Shown here: piece by piece, positions 38,378 through 52,375 of the stretch
Layout of the letters: each line of letters begins with the position of its first letter
How positions within the stretch are numbered: position 1 is the stretch's first letter
DNA from: Adineta vaga
Lineage: Eukaryota; Animalia; Rotifera
DNA: 64,000 nt
Reading direction: 5' to 3'
Assembly: GCA_021613535.1 (NCBI GenBank)
Contig: CP075496.1
Span: forward strand, 11,346,001 to 11,410,000
Notes under the pieces: model-generated
Database searches by the model: none
The model's input: the letters and a program-made list of their open reading frames with translations, nothing else
Told to the model about the DNA's origin: nothing
Position numbers and translations under genes: made by a program

Positions 38378-40686
38378 TCACAAAATTCTACAACAGATTC
38401 GTTTTTCATGATTATCATCTTGAACATGACCATGAATTTCAAAAAATTTCTCCGCTGAATAATTACCCATCGGCTCTTTTGTAACAATCTGATGATCACT
38501 ATTCGCTACTTTCGTACTAAACTTATCTTTTAAATCAATAGTATGAAATGATGGAGATGTAACATTATTTGGTGCGGGTACATTCGATGATGTACCCGGA
38601 ATACCATTTAGAGCACGACGTCGTTCTTCACGTCGTCGTTTAACATCACTCAATGTATCTGAATTTGTTTGAGCTAATGTCAAAGGTTGTGGAATTCGAA
38701 GAGGTGCCAATGGTAATTCCACAGTTGAAGGATTATTCGTTCTTTTTATAGAATTATTTGTCGATTGTTCTCGTACAAAAATATCATTTGAAATAGTTGA
38801 AGCACTAAAACGTTCTTCGTTATTCATTTGTTTCGATGTTATTGTTCCATTCGAATTCAAAGCATTTATCGTATGTTCATCACCATCTTCTTGTATTTTA
38901 TCTCGAGCTTGTAAAACATCAAGAAAGTTTTCATTTAATTTCTTTACTCGTTCAGTATTTCGTAATGATGCTCGACGAATCGAACTAGTACGATTTAATG
39001 ATGAACCACTACCATACGGAGAAGAAATACTAGAACGAGATTCATATAATGTTCCTGTACGAGAAACTATACCATTGGGAATTGAATTAATACCAGCTTG
39101 AAGACGATTATTAACTAGATTGTTTGTATGAGGTTTTTGTTCAACTTGAGCGACAGCTGCAGCGGCTGCAGCAGCGGCAGCAGCTGCTGCTCGTTCTTGA
39201 TTACGTACACACTGTTCTTGAAGATCAATGATATAATTACGCATATCAGGATCTTCACATAGATCAACTGCTGAACGACCATCGGGAATCTTTTCATATA
39301 TATCAGCGCCTGCTTCAATCAATTGAGCTATAAAAAGACACAACATGATTTTATTTGCTTACATGTATATGATTTATCTCTTACTCAGTATCGGTTGAAG
39401 ACACCAAAATGCAGAAGCATGTAAAGGCGTCCAACCATCCACATCTTGAAGATTAAGGGATACACGTTGATCAAGTAAATATTTAACAACAGATTGATAA
39501 CCATTTGCACATGCAATATGAAGTGGTGTTGCACCTTCATCATTTCTATATGATAATATATCATCAATTGAACGTGATGATGATAAAGATTTTTTCACTA
39601 ATTTTTTTAAATCTCGTAGCATTTGATTTTCTACTTGTGCTCGAGTATTATCAATCATTTCTTGTGTAATTCCAATTCGATCCATTTGACTTTCAATATA
39701 ACTAAGAGTTTTCTCATCTTCACATATATCATACGGCATATTACCATCAGCATTTAATGCCATTAATTCAGCTCCATTCTCAATAAGGATTTTACATATT
39801 TGCATATGTCCACAAGTAGCTAATGAATAAAAAAAACATATTTGAATTATAATATGTCGTTCATACGAGAAAGGACAGATTTCAATAATAAATTTCACCT
39901 TTACAAAAAATTCACTTTTTATATACCTGCAGCATGTAGAGGAGTCCATAGATCTCGATCTTTTGCATTAATATCAGCACCATATTCAATAAGTAATTCC
40001 ATAATTTGATCACTATTATCGATTGAACATTGATGAATCGGTGTAAGACCATCTTCATTAGCTGTATTGGGAGAATATTTTTTCGATTGAAGTAAACTTC
40101 TAACTTCATCAATATCTTGTCGAGCAGTTGCTTGAAAAAGAAAAACAAATAATCATTTCAAATAAAATTGAATCAATAAATTAAATAAAGATACTTTAGG
40201 ATGGAAATTTTTCTTCTTCCTCTTTTTATTACGCTCGATAAGATCTACTTGACCAGATGCTTTAGAAATGAAAATGAAATCTTATTTTGACAAGATGAAG
40301 AGAGAGAAAGAGAGAAAAAAATGGATTAAAATAATATCTGACAAATTTTTTTCTCGTAAGTGTTTGTTTAAGTAGAATAACTGTTTATCTAACAATTAAA
40401 AGAATGAAAGGGCGAAAAAAGAAAATGCTAGAGAAGAAACTACTTATCTACCTTCTAATAATACGATATTTTCGGGAAATTGAACTAAAAGCTTTTTCAT
40501 TCGACTCTTCTTATGATTTCCATGAGTCTGATTTTTCGATAGTGTCGAATGATTTTCTAATTCATTTTCACGTTTATTCCAATTTTCAAGTTGAATTTGT
40601 CGTTGTCGTTTGGCATGTTTTAATCGTTCTTGTGCCGTTAATCTTTCTAACAACGTCATATCTTGAACGAGTTCGGAATGTTCCAT
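38378..40686 (-). CDS. PPP1R16A: Protein phosphatase 1 regulatory subunit 16 (MYPT3/TIMAP, MYPT-75D-like)
   Basis: ERLKHAKRQRQIQLENW, VQF PP1-docking, ankyrin repeats (NEDGLTPIHQC, WTPLHAAATCGH, GATPLHIACANGY, GWTPLHASAFW), C-terminal CAAX CCRIL. Confidence 0.9.
39155..39190 (-). repeat. Poly-alanine (12 Ala) GC-rich coding repeat
   Basis: (GCN)12 inside the PPP1R16 terminal exon. Confidence 0.9.
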
Positions 40687-41677
40687 TTTTGTTTAATTCA
40701 ATCAAACAAACAATTACATACTGTTGAAATGTATTTATTTATAACTAAAATGAGAAAAATAAAAAGCGAACCTAGTATATATTATCAATGCTAATCATCA
40801 TCATAAAAAACAAGTTATATGATATCTAAATAGATCGTTTTATGATATTGAATGACATCGGATTTTATTTTACTAACTCGATGAGAACATTTAAGATAAA
40901 AAAATTATGTTTCAATGATAATGAAGAAAATCTTCATCATTTGTCTCTGTCTATCAAAAGATATATGATTCAAACGAAATAAACTATTGTGAAATAAAAC
41001 ATTGAATGACGTGCAGGAAAAAAGAATCTGAAGAAAGAAGAAATGATTGAAGAGTTTTTTTTGCGTTCTTTCATCCTTTTGTATATGTTACTCAAACTTT
41101 TCGCATATTTCCTTTCGAACTACGACAGAAAGAAAGACGGCAAGCGTCATCACAACTGATGCACAAATAAGCAAGGTTCTTTTTTTTTCGGAAGAATATT
41201 CTCATCAAATTTTTTCAAACATTATCAAATTGACATGCATATTTCCAAGGCAAGAAAAGCGAAGAAGAAGAAGAAGACATTCTTACCCGTCGATAATTTA
41301 CATAATTATTAATAGTAACATTTTTATACAAGAAATCAGCATTTTTTTAAAGAGGTTAATTCGAAAATTATATATAATCTAAAATAAACGAAGTAATCGA
41401 TCTTTTGTAAATAAATGAAAATTGTTTTTCTATTCTATTCAGTTTGTTTCAAATAATAATTTTTGATAGTCATACAATCGATTGAGATAAAGAGAAAAGT
41501 AGAGAGTTTCTATTTATTTCAATAGATACCGATGAGTTTGTTTCGTCATTACAAGAAAAAATCGAACGAAAAAACAATAGTTATGAGAAAAAAATAAAGA
41601 TAAAAACAAAAATAATATCGAACATGCAAGGAGAAAATGTTTCAAATTGAGTAAAGATCATTGCTCTTGTGATTTTA

Positions 41678-42052
41678 TTAACCTACATTATGTGTTCGAA
41701 CAAGTGTATATTGAAGAACAAATGTATCCTGCGGTAATGTTTGTTGAGGTTCGTTTTTAATAATAGATTTTTCTGATTTGGGTAATTGAAAAGATCCACC
41801 AGCTGATGATTGAATTTGAAAACCTAATCTTAATAAACGTTGTAAAATATCTGTATATGTAATGGCACCTAGATCAAAACTTGAATCATAACAATCATTT
41901 GTTATAAAAGCTCGATCGGGTGCGGTAGGTAAGATTTGCATAACAAATTGTTTATCACCATGTAATTGAAAATTTTTTGAATTCGATGTCAATACATTTC
42001 TTACAAGTAATGATAAGATTTCGAACCGTTGATTTGTTCCTGTAGTTGCCAT
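41678..42052 (-). CDS. Small stand-alone KCTD-C-terminal/GFRP-fold-like protein, paralog A
   Basis: 124-aa ORF; ITYTDILQRLLRLGFQIQSSAGG...QYTLVR resembles KCTD1/15 CTD (VLERLxxxGFxIxGSCGGG...EYVLRR). Confidence 0.65.
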   Translation of the reverse strand: MATTGTNQRFEILSLLVRNVLTSNSKNFQLHGDKQFVMQILPTAPDRAFITNDCYDSSFDLGAITYTDILQRLLRLGFQIQSSAGGSFQLPKSEKSIIKNEPQQTLPQDTFVLQYTLVRTHNVG

Positions 42053-42279
42053 TAATCACGTATCTAAAAAACAACAATCATAAGCATAAACTATAACTAA
42101 TCCTATCTGAAGATATAACACCACTAGATAATCAAATAAACTATGACACTGTAATCATATAACAGAAGAAGAAAAAAAAACAAGTTGGTTAAATGAATGT
42201 AAAAAACGAACAAAATTCCTGAGAACAACAAAAAACCGGTTATAACCGAATGGATCGATGTATGTCTATCTGTTTCTTT

Positions 42280-42647
42280 TTAAGAAGAATTACGTTTAAC
42301 AAGAATATATTGAGTACGAAGAAGGCCTTGTGTACCAGCGCCAGATGAACCTTCAATACGAAAACCTGCTTTAAGAAAAGCTTCAAGTACTTCAGTATAT
42401 GATTGACGATCTGGATCAGCAGGAGAATTATAATAACCCCAACGAAAAGCAGTCTCGGATGATTTTGGTAATACTTGTTTAATTATATCACGAGTGCCAT
42501 GCTTGAAAAAAGTTATATCGATGATATTCAAATAAAACTCTTGCTTTAACTTACTAATTCAAAAAATTTTCCATTTCCTGTTGATAACCAGATAATCATT
42601 GAGACAACATCAAGAGTATTAGTTGATGATTGACCAGCTTGTTCCAT
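42280..42647 (-). CDS. Small stand-alone KCTD-C-terminal/GFRP-fold-like protein, paralog B; exons 42647-42555, 42501-42280
   Basis: MEQAGQSS...FFELHGTRDIIKQVLP...SYTEVLEAFLKAGFRIEGSSGAG...TQYILVKR; aligns with paralog A (FQLHG/FELHG, QILP/QVLP, YTDIL/YTEVL, GFQI/GFRI, QYTLV/QYILV). Confidence 0.7.
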
Positions 42648-44118
42648 AATTTAAGTCTTTTATTTACTTTTAATAGATTGAAATCTAAATGGAACAAATT
42701 ATGTTCAATATTTTTTGTTTTATAAATAAATTTTTATTTTCGTTTCCTATCTTTATTTTAATCTTATCTGCTAGAATTGATTTGTCTGTCTCTGTCTCTG
42801 TTTTCTCTATGTGAATATCTAGTCTACGAATCATAGTTAATAAAATTAATAAGCGAAATTCAAATAGTTTCAAAGAAATTTCTCAACATTCTTCGATGTA
42901 AATTTATTTGTTCACGATTTAGGAATGAAAAAAGATTACTAATTAACAAAAGACTTATTATCTCTCATTGTCAATGTACGACATCTAGATCTATATTCAA
43001 TTTCAGACAAATGAAAGAAAAAAGAATCTGTCTATCTGATCAGATTTTTGCATTGTAAAGTTAAGATTATCTATTATAATTTTGTCTAGAACAATGTTGA
43101 ATAAAATGAATTGTATATTCTTTCTTTCAATCTAATCGTTCCAGTACGTGATGAGTCCTAGTTATCGATCACAATTATTTTAACAATGGAGTACGTGGAA
43201 GAATTGTATTCTTAGAATATATAAACAATATTTATTCTACATTCACATGACTGTCTAACGAAAAGAGGGATTAAGTTTATTTAGTTCTCTCGATAAACTG
43301 ATTGGAATAGTCACGAAAGTTGAGATAGTTTTCATCTTGAGAAAAGAAATTCTACTTATATTACAAGGATAAATCATTTGATCAACTCATGTTACTTATT
43401 TCATATGAATGATCTGTCAAGCTTGAGATTGCTAATAAAAAATCGATTCTTTTCTTCAATCTGTCAAGTGAATGTAACTTTATCATCAACTCCAAGGATT
43501 TATTTTTCTACTAAATACGTTTTCTCTTTCTTTCTTTTCATGTCACATCATTCAATCGAAATCAATTTCATCTGTTTATCTTTTTCTCTTACTCAACTTT
43601 GACATCCACACCTTTGGTGTTATAATTGATCACTGACATCTTGACAAAGTCAACGAGAATAACAATGAAAGAAGAGAAGAAGAAGAAGAAGAATAACAGA
43701 ACACGACACAAGCAAAGACAAACAAACAAACAAACACATCTTTTCGTTGATTATTTTTTCAAAAATCATCAATTCCTGAGATGAATTAAGTGCAATAAGA
43801 TCATCATAAAAACTACGAAGTTTCTAGCTGTTTTGTCATAATGTTTACAAAAAAGAAGCGAGAGAAAATGAAAGATATCTGAGATATAATCTTGAGTACG
43901 ATAATAAGAAAGCGAAAAACAAAAAATTGCATAAAGAACAAGAGAAGCAAGAAAAAAAAAGAAACATAAACATACAGGCTTTGATTTTTGTTGATTATCT
44001 AATACACAGCACTGCAACTTATCACACAAGAAAAAAAGAGACGCTTTTCATTCAATACTGTCAGACAAAAGAGAAAAAGAAAAGAATTTGTTCGGAGAAA
44101 GAAAAGAAAGAAACAATT

Positions 44119-45696
44119 TCAATTAAAATTTTGAGCATCAATTTCATTTGTTAATCCAACAATTTCTTCTTCAATAACTTCTTCCTCAAATGATTCAATG
44201 ATTTCTTCATTGGTTAATGTTGAATCATCATTAAAACATATCCATGAATGTTTCAGGGATTCATGAGCTGTTACTCGACGTCTTTAGAAGCAGAAGAAGA
44301 AAAAATACAAGGTTATATTATAATATCAGTCGTTTTTTGATTATTTACTTGGGTATTCGTACGATTAGTTTTTGAATAAGATCAATACATTTTTTTGAGA
44401 TTTTTTCGAATAAATCCGGCGGAAAATCAAGTATACAATGTGTTATATTACTTTGAGTATCTAATTTCGTACTACCACCAAATGGTGTATGGCCAGTCAC
44501 AAGAACATAGATTAATACACCAATATTCCACATATCTGTTGCACATGTTAATGGTTCATAATTAACAACTTCTGGTGCTTAAAAGAATAGAAAGAAAAGA
44601 TTTTCAAAGTGAATATAGATGGAAATTTTTACCTAGAAAATCTGTTGTACCAGACATTTCTAATAGACGTTGATTGGTTAAGACACGAGAAAGACCGAAA
44701 TCACATAGTTTTATTTGTGTACTCGGCCATTTTTCCATAAGAAGAATATTTTGAGGCTAAAGAGGAAAAGATTCTTCCATTGTATTTGATTTATCATAAG
44801 AAATGATTACTTTAATATCAAGATGAACAATTTTATTATCATGAAGAAAGGCAACAGCTTCTAAAACTTGTTTAGTCACATGAATAGCTTGTATTTCTTC
44901 TAAACAACCTTCAAGTTCAAGTGCCAATTGTAAATCACCTTGTTTCGCACTAAATATATAGATATATATGCATAGAAGTAAATGTGTATGTCAAAGAGAA
45001 ATCTTTGAAATGTCATCTTACTATTCCAAAATGAAAATAGCTTCAGTTGGTAAATCAAATACTTGATAGAGTGAAACAAAATGTGCATGTTTATGTGACA
45101 ATTGAAATATACGTAATTCATTCAGTGCATGTTGAATATTACGTTTTTTAATGATTTTTGCTGCAAAAATTTCATCAGTTGCTTCTTTCTTTACACATTT
45201 TTTCACAGATGAAAAACGACCACTATGAAATGAAAAGATCGATGTCGTATTTGTCTCCTATGAAATATAAATTTACCGGCAAAGATCTTCCGTGATGCTA
45301 TAAATTGAATCAAATGGTACTGTCGCACAACAATGGGAAAATTCACCGGGTGCTGCCGATTGAATCATGCCTGTTGTTAACGATGGTGTCAATGAGAGAA
45401 CTGATGCTGAACTTGGTGAATTCTAAATATTCAATATTGAAAATTTTACACAAAAAAAATATATATAAAAGAAGATATGAAAGCATGCACAACTGAACAC
45501 GGCACGGAAAAGATAGGTACTTCTCTTGATAATCTCTAAGAAAAAAATGTTAATTACTATGCGAGAGAAGAAGAAGAAGAAAAATGTTTGATTTGATTTG
45601 TTACTTATTTAATTGAATACTTACATGTAGTCGTTGTCGAAAAAGTGGGTTACGAGTACGAGTAGGTGTTTGACTACGACACACATCGTCTAACAT
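44119..45696 (-). CDS. DAPK-family Ser/Thr kinase, DRAK/STK17-like; 7 exons
   Basis: RGRFSSVKKC, FAAKII, IVHLDIKPQNILL, IKLCDFGLSR, APEVVNYEPL..TDMWNIGVLIYVLVTGHTPF. Confidence 0.85.
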
Positions 45697-47192
45697 GGCT
45701 GATAATCAAATTAAAGAAATAGAGAATTATCTAAAAATAGAACATTAAATCAAATTATTCCTTTTTTCTAAAAAGAAGAAAAATGATTAGAAAATTATAC
45801 AATTTATCTTTCATGTCGCGACGTCGGGACAGAATTGTAGGAACGAAACACCTTCGCTTCCTCTCGATACACATTGAAAAAGCAGTGCTTATGTACATAT
45901 ATGAATATGTATAAATTAACCTTCTGCGAGGTCGCGTCGTCGCGTTCATTCATATATTTCTTTTGATACTTTCATGCGTCGTCAGGTTCTCTCTGCGGTT
46001 ACATTCTATGGTGAGAGTATAAGTGTGTATGCATATGTGTATGCAACATTGCATTGCATTTACATCGACTTCTTATTGATTGGTAAAATGATCAAGGGCA
46101 AAAAATGGATTTTTATGGATGATAAATAACTGAACTAGGACGATAGCGCCATCTGAACAGAATCAACGTTCAATTATCGATAATGAACATCTGTTTTCAC
46201 TTAAGAAAATGATTTTTCGATCGCGAATTAGAATAATGTGTTCTTTGTAATAAATTAGTAATTGCAATCAGAAAACAGTTTTGAATCATCAGAAATTCTA
46301 GCATACTTACATTATTAGATGATTTATGTCATACGTAAAAGAAGATAGGAAAATAAATGTTCGCTATATATATATATATATATAGTAATGACATACTTTG
46401 AAAAACAAACTTGTTGATTATGATACGACGGATAGAAAGCTTCGCGTTCTATTCAGTTATATCTATGAATCTATCATCTATTGAAAAGCCATACGAAAGA
46501 ATATCGTTCCGTATTTCATTATCCGTTTATCAAAGCATGGCATAAGGTTCTTTAAAACAAGCAACTTACCATATTATGTCTTTCTTATTAATATTGGTTA
46601 AGGCCTAACTAATATAAAGCAGAAGAAAAAATACTATTTATACACTGACGTTTGTCGCGTTCTCTAGATGCACAAAAATAATTTCGAGATGTCTGTCGTT
46701 TGTACCCTGACATTAGACTCTTTCTAGTTCGATACTGCCATCGATCTATAACAAACATTATCTGTCTGTCAAAGAGACTATATTTCGCGAATTTTTTAAA
46801 TGTTTTCACTGCCGAAAAAGATTTTTTTTGCTATTAAACATGTGCATGAATCATTAGAATTTTTAGAAAAAGATCAGACAACGGAAGTCTAGCCTGTAAA
46901 TGATGTAAATGAGAAGCAAAGGATTGTTGATATAGTGACATTTTATATGGTTTCATAAAATCATGAAAAATGATATCTATTACAGAGGAAAAAACGGTTC
47001 GTTAAGTCGACTGATAGATTATAGTCATAGACGATAGAAAATAACAGATGTTATTATTATTAATGACATAAAATAATTCGAATAGTTTTCGATAGGTTAG
47101 ATTGAATGAAATCATACGAAAAATCTCTTCTTTTTTGCGCTTTTTTCTCTCTTCTTTATATCTATTGCAAAAAAAACATACACAGACATACA

Positions 47193-49676
47193 ATGTTATG
47201 CAAGGAAGGATATCGACAAATTCTTAAAGCACGAAAAGAACGTGATAAAACACGATATAAGTTGATTAACCTTTCAACTTTGTATATTTTCTAACCACAT
47301 CTACATATCTTTATAGAGAATATACAGGTGATCTTGTTCATTCTCTTTTCTATAGATTTATTCCAGCTCATGCTTTAATACCGGATGATAATCAACATAT
47401 ACAATTACTTACTTGTTATCATCTTTCACATTCATTTAATTATAAATTTCGATCACAATCTCTACCTGATTTGACACAAGAAAATATACGGATTAATTTT
47501 GATACAAAAACAGAAAAACGCAATGTGAACTATAAACGTTTTCGAAATGAAATTCAATTGAATGAATCAGATTATGATTCTGATTTAAATGAGACAGGTA
47601 TCGAAAAGGATGCCAATGTCTTTGTGCTATTCTTCTTCTTCTTCAGATACTTTTCTTAATAAACAAGATCCTATTCAAATATATCTTCAAGCGTGTAAAC
47701 AATATCGAATTCATCCTCATGATAGTGTCATTGAGGGATTAAATATGAATACACTTGATCTATCGGAAATGTCAATAAATGATCTTGATCTAAAAGCTAT
47801 TTGTCTAGCATTACGAGTAGATAGAGATGTTTTTCTTTTGCTTTATTAATTATTATTACTATAAATTACAGATTCATACTAGTATGAAACACATTCGACT
47901 GAGTGCTAATAATATAAGTGCACAAGGTTGTGTTTATCTTCAAGAAACATTAAAAGATAGTTATACAATTGAAGAACTTGTGAATGATCAAATGAAAATG
48001 AAATATTTACAATTTGTTTTTTGTTTTTAGGATATCTCAAGAAATGCAATCAGAACGGAAGGATTAGAAATTTTATCTTTATTATTTATGAATGATGAAA
48101 CTAAAATGTCAATTATTAAACAATTAAATTTATCATGTAAATCACCATACTTTTATTTACAATCTTATTTATCAGAGAGATTTTTTTGGTAGCATGTGAA
48201 TTGATTGATTCAGATGGACCAATTCTTCGAAAGATTCTCAAAGTAAAATTCTAATCGAATAATTTCATTTTTATCCTATGAAATATTTCAGGGAGGTGAT
48301 ATGCTTCAAGAATTATATCTTAGTGGAAATCAATTGAGTACCATTACATGCAAAAATATTGGTTTAGGATTGAGTAAATAATAACGCATACTTACAAATA
48401 TCTTCAACAGCTTTTCTCTATTGATTAGAAGAAACATCTGAATTACGAATTCTTGATTTAAGTTGGAATATGATTCGCGATAATGATATTCGTCCTATAT
48501 GTAATAGTTTAAAAGTAAAATGATTATTTTCATTGATCTATATCTGAATCTCTATTACTTGAAGGATAATCAAATACTTGAAAGGCTTGATTTAAAGATG
48601 AATGGATTGGGTAATCAAGGTGTTATACATCTTGGTAATATGTTAGTAAATAATGAAATGTTACTTGAACTTGATATATCAAATAATCGTATTGAAAAAG
48701 ATGGATGTGATATATTTGCTTCGAAACTTGAAATGAATCGAAGATTAAAAAAACTCTGGGTAAGATTGATTGATTGATTGATAAAAATTATTGTGTAATT
48801 CTAGTTTGGTAATAATAACATTGGTACATTGGGTTCTCTTGTGCTTTTAAAAGCAATTGATCATATTAAAAGTCAAGTCGAATATCTGAATCTTGAAGTA
48901 TAATTTCATAGTTGAATATTGAAAACAAATTTGATGATATTCATTTTGTTTTTGAGAATGTGTTAATCAATGATGATTTTCTTGATTTATATACACAAAT
49001 CAATCAATATTTAAGACCACTGGAAGTTATACATGGTGGAATTCGAGGAAGATTAGGACGAGCTCATCCAACGAGTATTATCAAAATGAGAAAAACTTGA
49101 AATCTAATTTTCTTCAATTCTTTTATTAGTACCTGGTTTTACTATAATGGATGATATTGATCTGCAATATCTTGATACAAAATCATTGCATGCAATGTTT
49201 CAACGAGATCCATTTAAAATTCTTGGACGAATAGCGAAAGAAGGTGGATATGATTTTCCAAAAGCATTGAAAAAATGGGATATAGAAGAACATGGACATT
49301 TAACATATTCAATCTATGTCATCGATTTTCCAAGTGCAGTTAAAGTATGTCAAACCGAAATGTCGTCCCATTCTTCTCATCCTATGAATTCATAATAATA
49401 CCATCGAAAAAATGAATGACAATCATAATTATAAATTTGTTTCTCTTAGGATGCTGGTATTGTTCTAGATAAAACGCTTCATTTTATTCTATGGAATTAT
49501 TTAAAAAGAATCGAGAAAAAAGGTTCAGTTAGTTATCTGTAAGTTATTGAAAATTCCATCAATATCAATCATTATGTTTTGTACATTTTAGGCAATTCAT
49601 TACTCCATTAGCAAAACTGAAATTTTCACAAAAACCATCGAAGAAAATCCATTTATCGACTAATAAAAAGAAATAA
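47193..49676 (+). CDS. RI-like leucine-rich repeat protein, LRRC74-like; ~13 exons
   Basis: YDSDL..., IYLQACKQYRIHP, repeated LxLxxN (LDLSWN, LDLKMN, LDISNN), C-terminal DPFKIL + degenerate EF-hand-like tail; all exons splice in frame. Confidence 0.7.
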
Positions 49677-50254
49677 ATCGATGACATCTTCGTTTTTTCT
49701 TATTTTTCTTCTCTTATACAGAAAAAAGAACAATTTCTTGTTGATAGTTACAGTTGAGAAAAGCCAAAATGAAAGATAATAAATATGAAAGAAATAAAAC
49801 AAAGAACAAAGATTCCCAACGATATTGAGCTGAAAAGAAAAAAAACACGGACGTTGTTTCATATACATAGAATAAAGCGATAACAGCACCATAATCAATT
49901 CTCGAAGAGAAGCATACATAAAAAGAAAACGAATTATTTTTATCTGTTTAAAGATTATAAAAAAAGAACAAGAAAACAAATCGTTAAAGAAAGAAAAACA
50001 GAGTTGCATAGTAATAAAAAGTAAAACAAGACGATATTGACCAGAAAAGAAAAAAACAAAAGAATAAATATGCGTAGATTATGCTGTTTGAATCAAAATC
50101 ATTATATATATATATATGTACGTATAGAGAATAAATATATGTCAACGCAAAAAAAGAAAATGAAAATCATGTTTAAAACACGGCAGATATTACAGAATAT
50201 TGATCAATAGTATACATATGATTTAGAAGATAAAATAAAAAATACATTTGATTT

Positions 50255-52375
50255 TTAATTGCTTATTGGAGAAATCATTGTTTGAGGTGGTGGTGGTCGA
50301 GGACGACGATATGTATTGCTTGTTTCACTGTTCTGTATACCATTTCGACGATTATTTTGATTATTATTCGTAGGAGTTGAATTAGATGAAGGTATTGCAC
50401 GTGCTCGTCGATGATTTCCATTATGATATGACGGATATTGCTGTTGTTGCTGAGGTGGTACTCGACGACGATTAACAGCTAAAAATAAAATAAGAAGAGT
50501 GTAATTTTCTTTCTATTCGATGAATTTTTTCAGTTTTACTTTGATAATTATTTGAATCATCATAATGCTGATAGTGACCATTTGTTTGTGATGTGACATA
50601 AGAATTTTGATAAGAATCACCGGCTATGTTTCCATTAAGTTTTTGTTTATTTGAAATTCTCTGTGGTAATGGTTGTTGATGATTTAATGATGAAAATTCA
50701 TTCGACGCTAATACTCGATCATTAGTTAATGATATTGGATTATTTTCTATTGATTTTTCTGATATATTATTTTCTATTGGACTTATTGATGATGTACCAT
50801 TTTGTTCAACTAATGCCGATGATGTTGATAATGTTCGTGCACGATCATGTTTTCGATCGACTCTTAAAACTGTTCCGAAAGTTTTCAATGTTTCTATTAA
50901 TGTTTGATCATATTCAAAACGATGTGATGATGTTAATTCTTCACATAAATCATATCGACCATCAGTAACAAAATGTTTGATATCAGTACGAAGTAAATCA
51001 ATTTCTAATGGTTCAAGACGCTCACAACTATCTACACGTTGACGAAGTTCACCAGCACGTTGTTGTCGACGATGAATTATATTTAGACCTTGTTCTTTAA
51101 CTTTATCCATTTCAAGATATAATTCAATTTCACGTTCGTTGATTATTTCACGCATTTGTTTAAATACATCATCTATACGTTTAATGGAAGATTTGATTTC
51201 ATTTTCAAATGATAATTCAACATTTGTTAATGTTGAAGTTTGACGTTGAAGATCTTTAGAAGATTTTGTTAGAACTAAAAGAATTTCAATGTGAATTTTT
51301 ATAATTTATAAATGATTATTGTTTCTTTTACTTTTTCTATTATTAGTAGTAAATGCTGTTCCATTTGTAGAAGAAGGTTTTGTCACTGTTGTCGTTTGTT
51401 GAGTATCATCTGATATTACTTGTTCAGTCTGTTCATGATTTAGTGTTGCTGAACCATTTTGATGTCTAATATTTTTACGACGCTTTAGTTTACCATTATG
51501 TCCATTTGTGGATTCATTATCTTCATCAATATGATTTGTTACTAGATTAATTTCGTCTGTTGTTGTCGAACTATTTGTTGTTACATTCGATGTATCATGA
51601 TATTCATTTCGTGTTGATTCATTCGTATTCAATGATGATTCTGAATGATTTGCTGTTGAATCTATTAAAAGAGAATATTCTCATAAAATATGAAGAATAC
51701 ATGTAGAAAACTGATTTTGTTTTTACCTTGACTAAGATATGGATGAAATGAAAGATCCGTTGATAAACAAGATTGAAGATTATTATTTGATTGTTCAAGT
51801 AATGAAGATGATGATAATGAAGATGGTGAATAGGTTGCTGTATTATTTCCTATAGAAAGAAAATAATCAAGATCTTCTGTGAAACTAAAACATATACCAT
51901 TAGTTGTAATTGTTGGTATACCACCTTCAGCAAATGTTTGAAAAATATTTGAAACACGTTGTGATGGCCGTAAAATGCCATTGGACGGAGGTGTTTGTGA
52001 TAAAGATTTATTGTCACGATTACCAGATTTATTATTTGTACGCTTAGTTGAATTCTAAAGAAATATCACGTATATAATTTCTATTCTTTATTCGAATATA
52101 AATATCTTACATTTCCGCGATTGTTGTTCATTTCAGTCCAACCACTAAGCGCTTCTATTGCACCATCTAGAAAAGAAAGATAGAGAATCAAACTAGATCA
52201 AATAAAAATTCTTTTTTTTTGACTTACTTCTTTTGAAAGCTTCGACTGTTTCATCAACATTTGATTCATAATAAAGTAAAGCGAGTTCAATTTTTTCACG
52301 TGATAAATTCGAGAGATGAGGTAATCGCGAACGAACAGCGGATACATTATCACGCATAGCATTCTTTCCAGGCAT
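50255..52375 (-). CDS. SPATS2-like protein (DUF1387-type)
   Basis: N-terminal VSAVRS..IELALLYYESNVDETVEAF..GAIEALSGW; coiled coil KDLQRQT...REIELYLEMDKVKEQG...LRTDIKHFVTDGRYD..L. Confidence 0.8.

Noticed and set aside
43145-43170. GTGATGAGTCC resembling a hammerhead ribozyme core
   Set aside because: Lacks the invariant C of CUGAUGA and has no matching GAAA or stems
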